Shown piece after piece: positions 51,101-52,197 of a stretch of DNA of 52,197 nucleotides. The translations under genes were made by a program, and so were the position numbers. Each line of letters starts with the position of its first letter. The stretch's first letter is position 1. Below the pieces are notes generated by a model that was given only the letters and a program-made list of their open reading frames with translations, was not told where the DNA came from and made no database searches. Source of the stretch: Rotaria socialis (Eukaryota); the NCBI GenBank assembly GCA_905331295.1, contig CAJNYD010000339.1, positions 1 through 52,197 on the forward strand. The letters are read 5' to 3'.

Positions 51101-51920
51101 AAACAGGTTTCCATGACTGTCGAAACGAAGAGCATATGCTTTATTTAACTTGCTGGATGCCAAATTTGAATTGCTATCGCAACCAACTACACACTGATAA
51201 TCATCATGAATTACTCGAATAACTCGATGATTTTCATTATCAGCTATGAATAAATTCCCATCCGTATCAAGTATGATATCCGTAGGATTTTTTAATTGAA
51301 GATTGTTTGGAGTTCCATTCCCTGCTATCGTTGTTCCATTATTTTCTCCCGGTTGAAAGCTTTGAATTCGATTGTTTTTATTATCAGTCACATATAGGGT
51401 GAAATCAAGGCCAGCAAATATTCCCCATGGTGTGTGAAGCTCGGCTGAGGCTGACCCTTTGGGACCAGTCCCTGCTACATTCACTATTTTACTGGTTTTG
51501 TCGTTGAGTGACATCTTAACAACTGTATCTGTTTCGTTCATAGAACAGTAGAGACTATTGTTATGGTCGATAAATAATCCATAACAGTTTCCTGGGAAAT
51601 ATGCTACTGAGACACTAGTGTTTGAATTCTTCAGCCACTTTTCGATCCGACCCGCTCCATTGCCATTCTCGAAATAGATCTCGCCATTGATGCCAACAAA
51701 AATGCCAGTGTGAGGTGATAGTGAAACATCTTTTTCCTCAGGTTTGGTACTGTTTTCAAACAATATTAATATTTTACTTTTAGCATGTGTAGCCACATAG
51801 AGAGTATTCTTATGATCAACAAAGATGCCTCGAGCGTTATAACCAATTAATGATTGATTGATAACAGTGATTCCATCTTGGTTCCGTGTTGCATTTGGAC
51901 AGATTTTTGGGCGATTGTAT

Positions 51921-52197
51921 GGGTTACATGAATTTCGGCCCACGGAATTTTCGGGCCGGACTTTCGGACCAATTTTATACAAATTCATTAAACTCGGAGA
52001 AAAAACGATTTTTTTTGAAAATTGGTTTCTAGATTTTTTTTAGTACCGAGCGAAGCGTCGTAGTGCTGAGCGAAGCGACGTAGTGCCGAGCGAAGCGGCG
52101 TTTTTCATTCCGTAGAAGAAAAACTAGTTGAAATAAAAAAAACGAATTTGTACCTAATATACATCTCAACAAATTTCGAAAAATATACCAGCAATAG
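51921..52197. mobile_element. Terminus of a DNA transposon (MULE-like) inserted at the start of the NHL exon
   Basis: Similarity to the paralogous exon (SYNQPEICPNAT) stops at 51920, where GGGTTACATGAATTTCGGCC.. begins with repeated tttcgg motifs. Confidence 0.65.
52041..52100 (+). repeat. Three 20-bp tandem subterminal repeats
   Basis: tagtaccgagcgaagcgtcg / tagtgctgagcgaagcgacg / tagtgccgagcgaagcggcg. Confidence 0.9.

Larger units (their letters stand above)
43964..51920 (-). pseudogene. Polycystin-1-like ectodomain gene: NHL propeller, Thr linker, EGF repeats, REJ, GAIN/GPS (disrupted)
   Basis: NHL exon 51920-51043; Thr exon from 50483; EGF exons ~48640-48440 and from 48380 (2-nt deletion ~48226). 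REJ-like exons 47833-47373 (LTLDPGRFSEDPD), 46918-46411 and from 46361 (NQPPKSGVCSITPSNGT..CKDWTDQDGIKDYSFY). GAIN PIEFFIPRDPN and GPS CYYLDSNNNWQSDG/TQCFSTHLSTFASG. Confidence 0.78.

Noticed and set aside
52041..52100. CRISPR-like repeats
   Set aside because: Head-to-tail 20-mers with no spacers in a eukaryotic transposon end; no cas genes.

Overview
AT-rich eukaryotic genomic DNA with many 45-60 bp GT-AG introns. The gene content (ART-TPR-NHL proteins, PPC-like repeats, REJ/GPS receptors, intronless bacterial-type genes, TGTGGG-like motifs) is most consistent with a bdelloid rotifer; this is an inference. Bases 1-13 kb are mostly DNA-transposon relics (MULE, CMC-type MITEs, a foldback, a Ginger2-like element inserted at a Sola2-like transposase) plus one secreted precursor with a duplicated 54-aa unit. 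Bases 13.9-30 kb (+ strand) carry a receiver-like/ADP-ribosyltransferase/TPR/double-NHL gene with two lesions, a HutD/Ves gene, an AIG1-like GTPase fused to RING-H2, a decayed PPC-like secreted gene, an FABP and a CYP3-clan P450. Bases 30-52 kb (- strand) are an array of modular surface receptors built largely from phase-1 exons. One appears intact (~1392 aa: signal peptide, EGF-like, Bacteroidetes-type beta-sandwich, NHL propeller, mucin stalk, 3 EGF, TM). The other is a damaged NHL-EGF-REJ-GAIN/GPS gene followed by decayed copies of the same modules. All exon models and family calls were made by eye, without searches.
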